In this document: positions 46,818 through 56,502 of the stretch, in pieces
Layout of the letters: each line of letters begins with the position of its first letter
How positions within the stretch are numbered: position 1 is the stretch's first letter
Virus record (IMG/VR): IMGVR_UViG_3300037440_000399
Span: 1 to 64,000 of that record
DNA length: 64,000 nucleotides
Strand: one strand, 5' to 3'
From: a virus
Lineage: Duplodnaviria > Caudoviricetes
The notes under the pieces: generated by a model
Database searches by the model: none
What the model was told of the DNA's origin: nothing
Seen by the model: the letters and a program-made list of their open reading frames with translations, nothing else
Program-made: the position numbers and the translations under genes

Positions 46818-47393
46818 ATGTCCAAGCGCACCAAAAGCTACGCCGCAGCGGACCTCGTTGACGTTGACGGCATCAAGACGACGTTCAGCGGCGAAACGAG
46901 CGATCACACGTACGTACCGGCCGATCTCAATGGCGCGCAGGTGCTCACGGGCGGAGTGCTCGACCTACCACGAACGGTGACGATTACGCGCGCCTCGGTA
47001 GCAAACGCCTACTCGACGGATCCTATTGTCGTGACCGGTCGCCGAGGCGGCGACACGATCACGGACAGCATCGCGCAACCTAACGACGACGGTAACGACA
47101 CGCTTCTCGGCGCGAAGCTCTTCGATGTCATCACATCGATTTTCATCCCGGCGAACGCGCTCGGCACAGCGAGCTTTCAGATCGGCGTGGGCGACGTCGG
47201 TGCGCCGGCGGGGACCCGATTCGCCGGTATCCGAGCGCACGACGCTGGCACAATCAATGTGCGTTTCGGCGAGGGCACTTCTGGCGCGCCGACTGACGGC
47301 GTCCCGTTTGCGGCCGGAGACCTACGCTTCGATCCGGTGCAAGCGAGCCGCGTGCTTCGCACGACCACGATCGGCGTGACCGTCTACATCTAA
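46818..47393 (+). CDS. virion structural protein (head decoration-like)
   Basis: Beta-rich ORF between the gpF-like gene and the scaffold. Confidence 0.55.
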   Translation: MSKRTKSYAAADLVDVDGIKTTFSGETSDHTYVPADLNGAQVLTGGVLDLPRTVTITRASVANAYSTDPIVVTGRRGGDTITDSIAQPNDDGNDTLLGAKLFDVITSIFIPANALGTASFQIGVGDVGAPAGTRFAGIRAHDAGTINVRFGEGTSGAPTDGVPFAAGDLRFDPVQASRVLRTTTIGVTVYI

Positions 47394-47480
47394 CACGTCA
47401 CTACGACGTGCACGGGATGACAGGCTGCCCGGCAACTAGCCTGCACGAGCGACACGGCTCGTTAAACCAGTGCACAGGAG
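47394..47480 (+). promoter_or_regulatory. multi-stem structured leader before the scaffold SD
   Basis: Stems CACGTC/GACGTG, GTGCAC/GTGCAC, CAGGCT/AGCCTG and ACGAGC/GCTCGT; AGGAG at 47476. Confidence 0.5.
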
Positions 47481-47487
47481 GCATTCC

Positions 47488-48234
47488 ATGCCGCCCGAGC
47501 CCGACAAGAAAAAGCCAGACGACAACGCAGACGACAACGCTCCGAAATTCATCACCGAGGAGCAGTTCGGAGAGCTTTTCAATCGCGCTTTCACGAGCCA
47601 GTGGAAGAAGTACGAAAAGCAACTGCAGTCAGGCCAAGAGAAGTTTCAAGGTGACCTGCTCACGAAGCTCGATGAGCGGTTCGCACAATTGAAGCCTCCG
47701 CCGTCACCGTCGGACGACAAGCAGACCGCCAAAGATCCCGAGGTCAAGAAGCAACTCGAGGACATGGCAGCGAAGCTTGAGGCGAGCGAGAAACGTTTCG
47801 CCGAGTCCGAGCGTGCGCGCGCCGAAATAGAGCGGCAGCGGCTGTTCGAGAACGCGAAGACCACGCTAACGGGCGCACTCAAAGAGAAGGCGCACCCCGA
47901 CTATCTCGACGATTGGGTGCGCGCCGTGGAGCCGCGCCTGCAGCTGACCAACGACGGTAGCGCCACACTGAAGATCAAGCATTCGCCGTACAAGGGCTCG
48001 CCCGAGGTCGAAGAGGATCTCCCGTTGGACCAAGCGGTCCCGAAACTGCTTGAGCGACCCGAGTTCAAAAAGTACCAGGCCCCGCCCGCTCCGCCGGAAG
48101 GCAAGGGCGGACGCGCGCCACGAAGCGGACCCGGCAACGGGACGCCGCGCACCAATTCGGACAACCCAATCGATCGCGTCGCTGCACGACTCGGCGAGCT
48201 CGGCATGAGTTTCGACGAAGAGTTCGGCGGCTGA
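47488..48234 (+). CDS. capsid scaffolding protein
   Basis: Charged coiled-coil protein with a Pro/Gly-rich tail, directly before the MCP; AGGAGG SD. Confidence 0.78.
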   Translation: MPPEPDKKKPDDNADDNAPKFITEEQFGELFNRAFTSQWKKYEKQLQSGQEKFQGDLLTKLDERFAQLKPPPSPSDDKQTAKDPEVKKQLEDMAAKLEASEKRFAESERARAEIERQRLFENAKTTLTGALKEKAHPDYLDDWVRAVEPRLQLTNDGSATLKIKHSPYKGSPEVEEDLPLDQAVPKLLERPEFKKYQAPPAPPEGKGGRAPRSGPGNGTPRTNSDNPIDRVAARLGELGMSFDEEFGG

Positions 48235-48281
48235 CAGAAGCCCGACATGTGCGGGCAAGCCAAAAAAGGAAGCAATAGCCC

Positions 48282-49340
48282 ATGGCAACCCGTACCCTTG
48301 CCCTGACCATCCTCGCCCAGGAATACGCCAACGCGATCGTTTCGCAGATCAACCGCACGGCGATCGCTGTGCGCATCCTGCCGATGGTCGTAGGAGGCGG
48401 CAGCAACGTCGCGTGGGTCCCGAAGGGAACCGGCGCGGCGGCGGCAGCCATGGCCGAAGGCGCAGCGGCCGGCACGCCGTCCAACGACGTGCAGAAGGCG
48501 GCTGTGTTGCAGTGGGCGTACTACAAGAGCGACGGTGGCGCGACCGGTCCGGCGCAGGCCGCTGCGGCAACAGCATCGTCGCCGCGCGGTAACGCTACGC
48601 TGCTCGCAAATGACATCGTGGACAGCTTGGCGGCAATGGCGAGCCAGATCAACGTGCACACGTACTCTGGCGACGGGGCCGCTTCCCCGAAACAGGTCAC
48701 TGGGCTCGATCAGGCAATCGGTGACACGACCAACACGTACGCGACGATCGACCGGACGGTCGACACGTGGTTTCAGCCCAGCGTGTTCAACCCGGGCGTC
48801 GCAACGCCGATCACGCAAGCGCAACTCCGCAAGGACATCAGCACGATCAAACGCCTCTGTGGCGAATCACCCACGGTGGGACTCTGTCACCCGGACGTGT
48901 TCACGTCGATCGCCAACACGTTCGACGCCACCCGGCGTTACACCCAAACGACCGAATTCAACGTTGACCGTCGCGGCATGATCAAGCTCGACGCCAGCGT
49001 GGACGCGGTAACGATCGGCGGCTGCACCTTCGTCGAGGACAAGGACGCAACGCTCGAGTCTGGCGGCGCGAGCGGGCGAATCTACTACGTCAACCCGAAG
49101 TACGTGGAATACGTCATCCAGCCGCAACCCGAGATTGCGGCGCTGCTGCGTTCGATGGGCATCGTGCCGGGCATGGTGCTACGGGCCAATGACGGATTCG
49201 GCGAAGTGCCGCTGCTCGCCGCCGTCGTCGCAATGGCGAAGGTGGGCGACGCGGACACCTACATGGCGAAGACCTACCTTGAGCTCCGTGTACGCAAGCC
49301 CAGCGCGTGCGGCGTCCGACGCTTCGCCCAGATCGACTGA
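48282..49340 (+). CDS. major capsid protein (HK97 fold)
   Basis: 352 aa after the scaffold, with an HK97-like pattern (AAMAEG, GLDQAI, FVEDKD). Confidence 0.82.
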   Translation: MATRTLALTILAQEYANAIVSQINRTAIAVRILPMVVGGGSNVAWVPKGTGAAAAAMAEGAAAGTPSNDVQKAAVLQWAYYKSDGGATGPAQAAAATASSPRGNATLLANDIVDSLAAMASQINVHTYSGDGAASPKQVTGLDQAIGDTTNTYATIDRTVDTWFQPSVFNPGVATPITQAQLRKDISTIKRLCGESPTVGLCHPDVFTSIANTFDATRRYTQTTEFNVDRRGMIKLDASVDAVTIGGCTFVEDKDATLESGGASGRIYYVNPKYVEYVIQPQPEIAALLRSMGIVPGMVLRANDGFGEVPLLAAVVAMAKVGDADTYMAKTYLELRVRKPSACGVRRFAQID

Positions 49341-49346
49341 TAGCCC

Positions 49347-49838
49347 ATGCTGCTGCACAACCAAACAAACCGGCCGCTCCGTTGGGAAGCGAACGGTATC
49401 GGATACGAGTGGGAGCCCTACGGATCGTGTGAGGTGCCGGACATCTGGCTGCCGCACATTCGCTCCCAGGGCGTCCGTGTCGACGTGTCCGCTGTTGCGC
49501 CGCAGAAGAAAGCAGAGATTGCGGCCCAAGTCGAACGCGAAGCCCAAGCGTCTTCCGAGCTCGTCCATGCGCAGCAGCGTTTAGCGGAAGCCGAGGGGCG
49601 CGCGGCGCAGGCCGCCAAAGCGGCCGAAATCTCGTCGACACGCGAAACCAAAGCGCTGGAACTTCTCGAGAATGCGGAAGCCAAGATCAGGACGCAGCAC
49701 AAGCAGATCGAGGCCCTAAAAGCCGACGCGGCGGAGTACGAGAAGCTCTTAACTGAAGCCAATGCGCGCATCGAATCGCTTGAGCGCAAGCACGCGCCAG
49801 CGAAGCCAGCAGACAAGAAGCATCACCCGACGGGGTAA
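49347..49838 (+). CDS. hypothetical head-associated coiled-coil protein
   Basis: Follows the MCP. Confidence 0.55.
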   Translation: MLLHNQTNRPLRWEANGIGYEWEPYGSCEVPDIWLPHIRSQGVRVDVSAVAPQKKAEIAAQVEREAQASSELVHAQQRLAEAEGRAAQAAKAAEISSTRETKALELLENAEAKIRTQHKQIEALKADAAEYEKLLTEANARIESLERKHAPAKPADKKHHPTG

Positions 49839-49844
49839 CGCGCT

Positions 49845-50261
49845 ATGGCTTTTACGGCCGCGCAGAAGCAGCAAATCAGGAATTACCTCGGAGCGCCGGC
49901 GGTCTATCCGGATCTACAGCATCGACTCGAGGGAGCTCTTGACACGGTCGGCGGGAACGCAGAAGCGGTCACGCACGTTACAGCGTGGCTCACCGAGTTG
50001 ACATCCATCGACACCAATCTGGTAGTTACCGTTGGCGGGGGAGCGTCCGCATCGTACGGCGCTCTAAAGAAGGTCGACGAGATCGAGTTCTATGCTCCCG
50101 AAGATAGCGGGGGCTCATCCGAAAGCACAGTCGGAGCGCTGGCCCGTGGGCGGATGCTGATTCAACGGATCGCTCGCATCTTGGGCGTCTCGGATGTGAT
50201 GCCGGTCGGCGATTACTTCGGCTCACGATCCACTGATTCGTCCGCCCTCATGTTGGGCTGA
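49845..50261 (+). CDS. head-tail adaptor candidate
   Basis: FTAAQKQQIRNYLG N-terminus and position. Confidence 0.55.
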   Translation: MAFTAAQKQQIRNYLGAPAVYPDLQHRLEGALDTVGGNAEAVTHVTAWLTELTSIDTNLVVTVGGGASASYGALKKVDEIEFYAPEDSGGSSESTVGALARGRMLIQRIARILGVSDVMPVGDYFGSRSTDSSALMLG

Positions 50262-50279
50262 CAAGGAAACCGGAATCCC

Positions 50280-50813
50280 ATGGCTTTTCGCACACGCAAA
50301 GTCCCCGACGCAATTATGTACGCTCTCGTGGCCGCGCACAACGCGCGACAAGAAGCAGCGGTCACGAACCAGTTTCACGCGGACATCACACAGAAAACCA
50401 GCGGCTACTTCGCGTCCCCGACGGTCGCATCCGATACGGTCACCGCCGCGACGGCTACGGATCTTGCGACGTCGTTGGTGCTCGTGAACCAAATCAAAGC
50501 AGTCCTGGATCGACACTTCGTCGATACCTTGGCGCACGATACGGCCGTCAGCGCCACGATCACGATTGCCGATGCCACGGACCTGGCGACCGCGATTACC
50601 CTCGCAAACAATCTCAAAGACATGTATACGACGGGCGGGCACGTAGACGCGAGCAACGTGCACTTCAATGATGACAGCACGAACGTCGTCACGAATGCCG
50701 ACGCGACCGATCAGACGACACTGAACACGCTGGTCAACGAAATCAAGGGCGACGTCAACGCGCACATTACGAGCGCACCGATCGGATCGATGGTCCAACT
50801 CGTACCAGCGTGA
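50280..50813 (+). CDS. virion structural protein with ATDxxT repeats
   Basis: Three (A/D)ATDLAT/ATDQTT...L.N.IK repeats; AAGGA SD. Confidence 0.55.
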   Translation: MAFRTRKVPDAIMYALVAAHNARQEAAVTNQFHADITQKTSGYFASPTVASDTVTAATATDLATSLVLVNQIKAVLDRHFVDTLAHDTAVSATITIADATDLATAITLANNLKDMYTTGGHVDASNVHFNDDSTNVVTNADATDQTTLNTLVNEIKGDVNAHITSAPIGSMVQLVPA

Positions 50814-51430
50814 GCGAGCCAACACTATTCGTCGCAACGCCTCTGCATTCCGGCTGGCTGCATTACGCCTACGTAGCCGGCGCGCTGCAGGCGATGACGG
50901 CCTTCGCTGGACGCATCGCGTTTCAGGTTCAGACCGGATCGTTTCTGCCCATCAATCGCGACGTGCTGACCGCGCGGTTCCTTGAATCCGCCGCGACGCA
51001 CATGCTGTGCATCGACAGCGACATCGGATGGACGCCAGCCGATGCGCAAGCATTGCTTGCAACCAGAAAAGACTTCATCAGCGGCTGCTACCCGAAAAAA
51101 CAACCCAATCCCACAGTGCCGGCAAAGCTCACTGGGCATCGCCAGGGTGACATTTGGGAAGCGGAGTATGTGCCGGGAGGGTTTCTCCTGCTCTCGCGCG
51201 CCTGCGTCGAGCGCATGGTTGGAGCCTACCGAGCGCTCGAATATAAACGGGACGGCATGAAGCTCTGGGCGCTGTGGTCCTCGTTGTTCATCGACGGTGA
51301 GACCTACGCAGGCGAAGACGTTGCATTCTGCAATCGCTGGCGCGCTCTTGGCGGTCAGGTCTGGCTCCACCAGGGCGTTGCGCTGAAACACTACGGCGAA
51401 ACTTGTTTCGAGATTCCCGGGAGCAAATGA
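50810..51430 (+). CDS. GT-A fold glycosyltransferase-like protein
   Basis: FVATP, NRD.L...FL, CIDSDI (DxD), GGFLLLSR and GEDVAFC motifs. Confidence 0.78.
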   Translation: MSEPTLFVATPLHSGWLHYAYVAGALQAMTAFAGRIAFQVQTGSFLPINRDVLTARFLESAATHMLCIDSDIGWTPADAQALLATRKDFISGCYPKKQPNPTVPAKLTGHRQGDIWEAEYVPGGFLLLSRACVERMVGAYRALEYKRDGMKLWALWSSLFIDGETYAGEDVAFCNRWRALGGQVWLHQGVALKHYGETCFEIPGSK

Positions 51431-51558
51431 TGCCGTTCAAGTCGCAAGCGCAGCGCGCATACCTGTACGCAAACGAGCCGAAGGTCGCGGCGAAGTTTGC
51501 CAGCGAAACGCCCAAGGGCGCGAAGCTCCCCAAACGCAAGCGCAAAAAGAGCAAGTGA
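51427..51558 (+). CDS. small basic protein (43 aa)
   Basis: MMPFKSQAQRAYLYANEP...LPKRK; coupled on both sides. Confidence 0.6.
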   Translation: MMPFKSQAQRAYLYANEPKVAAKFASETPKGAKLPKRKRKKSK

Positions 51559-52094
51559 GGCGCGAGCTCCTGATCGGCTGCGGCTCGCGCCGCAAAAAGC
51601 TCCTGAGTCGCAACGGCTACGAACAATTCGGCGCCCTCACCACGCTGGACGTCAACGCCGCACACAACCCAGATATCGAATGGGATCTCGAGCGCCTGCC
51701 GCTGCCATTCGACGCTGACTCATTCGACGAAATCCACGCCTACGAAGTCCTCGAGCACACGGGGCGACAGGGCGACTACAAGTTCTTCCTGGCGCAGTTC
51801 GCTGAGTTCTGGCGGATCCTGCGACACGACGGAGACCTGTTTGCGACATGCCCCTCAGTGCAGTCGCCTTGGGCTTGGGGCGACCCGGGGCACACACGAA
51901 TCGTGGCGCCCCAATCGCTCGTGTTCCTTTCTCAGGTAGAGTACGCGCGCCAGGTCGGCGTCACGCCGATGAGCGATTACCGCTCCGTGTACCGCGCCGA
52001 CTTCGACATCACTTTCTCAAAGGACGACGGGCAAACGTTCTCGTTCGCGCTCCGCGCCGTGAAGCCATCACGCGGCGCACACGCGCAGGCGTGA
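51555..52094 (+). CDS. class I SAM-dependent small-molecule methyltransferase
   Basis: LLIGCG, LDV, DLERLPLPFDADSFDEIHAYEVLEH and RILRHDG motifs. Confidence 0.85.
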   Translation: MRRELLIGCGSRRKKLLSRNGYEQFGALTTLDVNAAHNPDIEWDLERLPLPFDADSFDEIHAYEVLEHTGRQGDYKFFLAQFAEFWRILRHDGDLFATCPSVQSPWAWGDPGHTRIVAPQSLVFLSQVEYARQVGVTPMSDYRSVYRADFDITFSKDDGQTFSFALRAVKPSRGAHAQA

Positions 52095-52106
52095 ACCGTT
52101 ACCAGA

Positions 52107-52121
52107 TGCTAAGATCCGCCC
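52107..52121 (+). promoter_or_regulatory. extended -10 promoter giving a leaderless HNH mRNA
   Basis: TG-C-TAAGAT, 6 nt, then ATG at 52122; no SD. Confidence 0.55.
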
Positions 52122-52901
52122 ATGGAATCGCGTCGATGCGGCAAGTGCAAATTGGTTATACCGATTGAGCGATTTGCAAAGAAACGCAAGAGCGGACATC
52201 AGTCGTATTGTCGCGACTGCGCACGAGTTGAAAGTCGTAACTATTCGCGCAGGCTCAGTGCTCGGGACGCGATACCCAGAGCCGAATTCAAAGCTTGCTC
52301 GACATGCAAGCGAGTGCTGCCGGCCGCCGCATTCACGCTTTGTCGCAACAGACACGACGGGCTATCGCCGTTCTGTCGGGACTGCTATCGGGCGATCAGT
52401 CGAGGAGCTCGCGAGCGTCGCCTCAAAAGGACCCCTTCACCTGTAGTCGAAAAGTATTGCCACGGCTGCCGCCTGACGCTGACGCTTTCGAGATTCTCGG
52501 TCGACCTTTACGATCCAACCGGTCTCCGGGGGCTCTGCCGCATGTGCAACGCAAAACGTACCGCTGACTTCAGTAGGACCGAACGGGGCAAAGCACTATA
52601 CAAGCAGCGGCGTCACGCGAGACGCGCGAAGATGTCCGTTTCAGACACGGACATCTCACCGAAAACCTGGCAAGCAGTAGTCGAGAGCTTCGGAGGCCGC
52701 TGCGCATATTGCCTGTGCCATGGGGCGCCGCTCGCAATCGATCACGTGGAGCCCATAGCCAACGGCGGGCGTCATGTCCTTGACAACATCGTTCCGGCCT
52801 GTGAGAGCTGCAACTCCAGCAAGGGGCGCCACGGTCTGCTGCAGATCTTGCTCCACCGTGGTCTTCTCGTGACGCGCGGCATGCTCGCGCCCGTGTTCTG
52901 A
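52122..52901 (+). CDS. HNH endonuclease with N-terminal Zn-finger repeats
   Basis: Three CxxC...YCxxC-like repeats, then CAYC...IDHVEP...GG.HVLDNIVPACESCNSSKG. Confidence 0.88.
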   Translation: MESRRCGKCKLVIPIERFAKKRKSGHQSYCRDCARVESRNYSRRLSARDAIPRAEFKACSTCKRVLPAAAFTLCRNRHDGLSPFCRDCYRAISRGARERRLKRTPSPVVEKYCHGCRLTLTLSRFSVDLYDPTGLRGLCRMCNAKRTADFSRTERGKALYKQRRHARRAKMSVSDTDISPKTWQAVVESFGGRCAYCLCHGAPLAIDHVEPIANGGRHVLDNIVPACESCNSSKGRHGLLQILLHRGLLVTRGMLAPVF

Positions 52902-52904
52902 ACA

Positions 52905-53357
52905 ATGGCCCTGAGTGACGACCTGAAACCGCTCGCGCATAGCATCCGCGCGATCCCTGGTCAGCTCGGCATCCGCCCCTACGCCGTCTCGACCATCCAC
53001 CGCACCTGGTCCGGCGGCAACACCGGCAACGGCACACCGACAGACACCGAAACGCCGATCACCGAAGCCGACAGCCAGCCGCCCCGCGTGCGCGCTCTCA
53101 GCGGCGAAGAGAAGGCGCTGATGGACATCAGCGGCACGGCCTGGGAGATCGGTCCCATTACGCCCGACTTCCCCGGTGGTGGCACGGCAATCGGCGTGCT
53201 GAAGCCGACCGACCTATTCCAGGGCGACGAGTTCTTTATCCGCCTCGTAGGTCCCGAATACCCGACCGGCGCTCTCATGCGCATTGTCGACATCAAAACG
53301 GATAGGGCGCTCAACTATCGCGTGACCGTCAAGCCCGTCGAAGAGCAGAAATTGTAG
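52905..53357 (+). CDS. head-tail joining protein candidate
   Basis: 150-aa beta-rich ORF in the connector region. Confidence 0.55.
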   Translation: MALSDDLKPLAHSIRAIPGQLGIRPYAVSTIHRTWSGGNTGNGTPTDTETPITEADSQPPRVRALSGEEKALMDISGTAWEIGPITPDFPGGGTAIGVLKPTDLFQGDEFFIRLVGPEYPTGALMRIVDIKTDRALNYRVTVKPVEEQKL

Positions 53358-53364
53358 GGCGCGC

Positions 53365-54111
53365 ATGGCCGGAGAGCTCTCCCTAGCCGAGGCTGTCGGC
53401 AAGCCGGCACTGCCGCTCGCGGCGTCCACGGAAGGCACGCTCGTTTCGCTCGACCCCGGGCGCGACATCCTGCTTGACCTGCTGGCTGCGGCACTCAACT
53501 ACGAGCTTGCGCCGGTTTGGGAATCGGCGACAGCGGCTACAAATCTCGCTGGGACGACACCGGTACAGGACAAGGTCCCGTTTGCGCTGACCGAGCAGGT
53601 CATGACGTCGACGGCGCGCAAGTTCCCTGTGCTGTCCGTGACGCGCGCGGAAGACGAAGACTCAGCCCTCGACGAGTTCACGCTCTGGCAGTGGCGCCTT
53701 ACGCAACAGTGGGACGTGGAGTACGTCCTCGGTCCGCTGACGGCTGGCAATGAGCGGCGCCTGAAAGACGTCCTGGCATTCGCTGCCAAGGTTGTGTTGC
53801 TCACGATTCGGCAGGGCCGACACATGAACCACGAGAGCGGCGCGCCCGTGCTCGGCCCGTCCGGCAGCGCGACGACAGCCACGGCCGGCTTTTCGAGCGT
53901 GCGCATCGTGCGCTACCGAGCGGGCACGGCGAGCTTCGCCGACAACAGTCCGCAGTATCACGGCATGCGCATCCGGCTCGAGACCACCGAGCTCACCGCG
54001 TTCGCCGAAGCGCCCAACGACCTCGACGGCGCATCGTTCCTGCTCAACCCGGACATCGACGAAGACGAAGACCCGGAGCTCTACCGGGCCGAGACGGAGT
54101 TTCCTCCATAA
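53365..54111 (+). CDS. tail completion/terminator candidate
   Basis: Position and KFPVLSV motif. Confidence 0.5.
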   Translation: MAGELSLAEAVGKPALPLAASTEGTLVSLDPGRDILLDLLAAALNYELAPVWESATAATNLAGTTPVQDKVPFALTEQVMTSTARKFPVLSVTRAEDEDSALDEFTLWQWRLTQQWDVEYVLGPLTAGNERRLKDVLAFAAKVVLLTIRQGRHMNHESGAPVLGPSGSATTATAGFSSVRIVRYRAGTASFADNSPQYHGMRIRLETTELTAFAEAPNDLDGASFLLNPDIDEDEDPELYRAETEFPP

Positions 54112-54560
54112 TGCTCGTCAACCTCGACGAAGTCATCCGCGGCCACCGCCACTTCCTGGCGCGAAACGAGCGCGCCATAGACCAAGCGCTTACAACAGCG
54201 GGGCGCCACGGCGTCGACCACGTCCAGAAGAATCCGAAGTTTCAGCGGCGCACCGGCAAGCTCCAAGACAAGACGACCGCGAGCCGCATCATCCGCACGA
54301 GCGGCGGCAAGCTCATTCGGCTAATGAACCCGCTGCCGTATGCGGCGGCCATCGACACGGGCTCCAAGGCTCACAACATCAAGCCACGGCGGCGCAAGTT
54401 TCTGAGGTTCACGGTGCGCGGCAAGCTCGTGTTTGCGCGCAGCGTCCGCCACCCGGGCACCAAGCCCTACAAATTCCTCTGGCGCGCAACGCATAGCGCC
54501 CATCGCGTGATGGGTGAGGACTTGCGGCGCCAAATGACAGACATCGCGAAGCGTTTCTGA
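54111..54560 (+). CDS. neck protein (HK97 gp10-like)
   Basis: RTGKLQ, PYAAAIDTG and HPGTKPYKFL motifs. Confidence 0.72.
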   Translation: MLVNLDEVIRGHRHFLARNERAIDQALTTAGRHGVDHVQKNPKFQRRTGKLQDKTTASRIIRTSGGKLIRLMNPLPYAAAIDTGSKAHNIKPRRRKFLRFTVRGKLVFARSVRHPGTKPYKFLWRATHSAHRVMGEDLRRQMTDIAKRF

Positions 54561-54583
54561 CGCTCGCAAAAGGCAGGGACAAC

Positions 54584-54931
54584 ATGCTGCGCTTTCACGC
54601 GCGGCCCGGCCATTGTGTGCGCTACCCCGAACGGCGCGCGGCTGGGCAGCTCTACAACTTCATCGGTCGCAAATACGACGCTACGACTCGCGACAACGCC
54701 GCGACGGACGAGCCGTTCGAAATCGACGAAGCGCACGCCGACGACGACACGCGAAAAGCAGCGCGTCACCTCATGACGAAGTGCCGCGACGGCGACTTGC
54801 TGCCCGCTGACGAAGCGACGGCGCGCGCTTGCGGAGTCGCATTCGAACCGCTCGCGAAAGTCGCAGACGGCTGGGCGCCAAAGCCTGCGGCGAGTCCGGC
54901 GAAAGCCTCCAAACAATCCGCGAAGGACTGA
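54584..54931 (+). CDS. hypothetical tail-region protein
   Basis: CRDGDLLPAD; positioned before the sheath like Mu gp38/DUF2635-type genes. Confidence 0.55.
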   Translation: MLRFHARPGHCVRYPERRAAGQLYNFIGRKYDATTRDNAATDEPFEIDEAHADDDTRKAARHLMTKCRDGDLLPADEATARACGVAFEPLAKVADGWAPKPAASPAKASKQSAKD

Positions 54932-54936
54932 CCTAG

Positions 54937-56493
54937 ATGCCGATCACCGGATACCCGAGCTCGCATCGAGCGCCGTTTACGGCTGCCGAGATCCTGTTCA
55001 ACCAGGGCCCGAGCACCGCGTCCGCTGGTGTGCGGACGGCTATCTACGTTGCCCCAATGACGACCGCGGGCGACGCGACGGTCGCCACCGTCTACCCGAT
55101 CACGGACGAAGCCACAGCGATCGCTCGATTCGGGTCCGGGTCGCCGCTGCATCGCTGCCTGCGTATGCACTTGCGGGCGAACAAGAACGGCAAGCTCTAC
55201 GGAATCGCCTACGCCGCATCGAGTGGAGCCGGCGTTGCGACGGCAACCGGTACGATCACCGTAGGTGGCGCGCCGACAGCATCGGGACTGTTCACGGTCT
55301 ATGTGTGCGGCGAGCGCGTCGACACGGCTTTCACGACGAGCTCTACGGCGACCACGATCGGAGACGCACTCGCAGCGCAAATCAACGCCAAGACGCATCT
55401 GCCGTTCACGGCTGCCAACGTCACCGGCACGGTGACACTGACTGCCAAGATTGCGGGCGCATCGCAGGGCGACGGCACTGTTGGCGTCTACCGCTTCCGC
55501 GCATCGGTCGAGCCCGGGAAGGGCGTTACCGCTGCAACAAGCGGCGCGGCTCTCGGACTCGGCACTGGCGTTGCTGGTGTGGACGGCGCTACGACGGAGC
55601 TTGTTGGGCTGCAGGGTGCCCTCGCGGCCATTGCTACCAGCCGTTACTACTATATGGGCTTCTCGGTTTGGTCGGACGGACACACCGCCGAGATCGAGAC
55701 ACACGTCGCCACCAAGAGCGAGCCCAACCCCGGGCACCGTTCGTGCGCGTGGACCGGCTACACCCACACGCTCGCGGCATGCACGACGATTGCAATCGCT
55801 CGCAACTTTCACCGGCAACACATCGTCTGGCAGAAGAACAGCGAGCACGACCCGGCGGAGCTCTGCGCCAACGTCATCGCGATCCATCAGAAGCACGAGG
55901 CGATCGACTCTGCATTTCCCGGCTTCGACAGCTATCGCCAAAGCGACTGGCTCATCCTGCCGGCATTCGCCAATGCGGATTGGCCGAGCGGAAACGACTT
56001 CAACGACGCCGTTACGGACGGCATCACGGCGATCCTCAGCGACCAGACGGGGAGCATGCTGGGCATGTCCGTCAACACGAAGAGCAAGGACGCCGCGGGT
56101 TCGCTCGACGACTTCCGCGCGACGGAACGACATCGCGTCTCTGCGATGGACTTCTTCATCGATCGCACGCTCACGCGCTTCGTTCTCACGTACACGTCGG
56201 TCGGATTCAAGCTCAAAGCGGACGTCCTCGATTCGAACGGCAACCCGAATCCGAATCAAGTGCTTGCTCCTAAAGTTCTCACTCCTTCGTTGTTCAAGCC
56301 CTGGTGGCTCAAGCAGATCGATGAAGCCGTCGACGTGGACGCGATTCTGCAGGACGCGGCAGCGTGGAAAGAATCGAGCGAGGTCTCGATCGACCCGAGC
56401 AACGTGTCGCGGCTCCGCGTGAAGGCGAGCGGGCGGACAATCGACGTTGGGCACCAATTCGAGGTGGCCGTCAGCGAAACCACGCCGGCCTGA
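54937..56493 (+). CDS. contractile tail sheath protein (Mu gpL-like)
   Basis: FGSGSPLH, ATGTITVGG, LPFTA and TAKIAG motifs; 518 aa. Confidence 0.9.
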   Translation: MPITGYPSSHRAPFTAAEILFNQGPSTASAGVRTAIYVAPMTTAGDATVATVYPITDEATAIARFGSGSPLHRCLRMHLRANKNGKLYGIAYAASSGAGVATATGTITVGGAPTASGLFTVYVCGERVDTAFTTSSTATTIGDALAAQINAKTHLPFTAANVTGTVTLTAKIAGASQGDGTVGVYRFRASVEPGKGVTAATSGAALGLGTGVAGVDGATTELVGLQGALAAIATSRYYYMGFSVWSDGHTAEIETHVATKSEPNPGHRSCAWTGYTHTLAACTTIAIARNFHRQHIVWQKNSEHDPAELCANVIAIHQKHEAIDSAFPGFDSYRQSDWLILPAFANADWPSGNDFNDAVTDGITAILSDQTGSMLGMSVNTKSKDAAGSLDDFRATERHRVSAMDFFIDRTLTRFVLTYTSVGFKLKADVLDSNGNPNPNQVLAPKVLTPSLFKPWWLKQIDEAVDVDAILQDAAAWKESSEVSIDPSNVSRLRVKASGRTIDVGHQFEVAVSETTPA

Positions 56494-56502
56494 AAGTAGA
56501 AC

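Noticed and set aside
48240-48272. GCCCG/CGGGC hairpin plus A-tract between scaffold and MCP
   Set aside because: Short stem, with the A-run on the wrong side for a + terminator. It could be an antisense terminator, but support is too weak.
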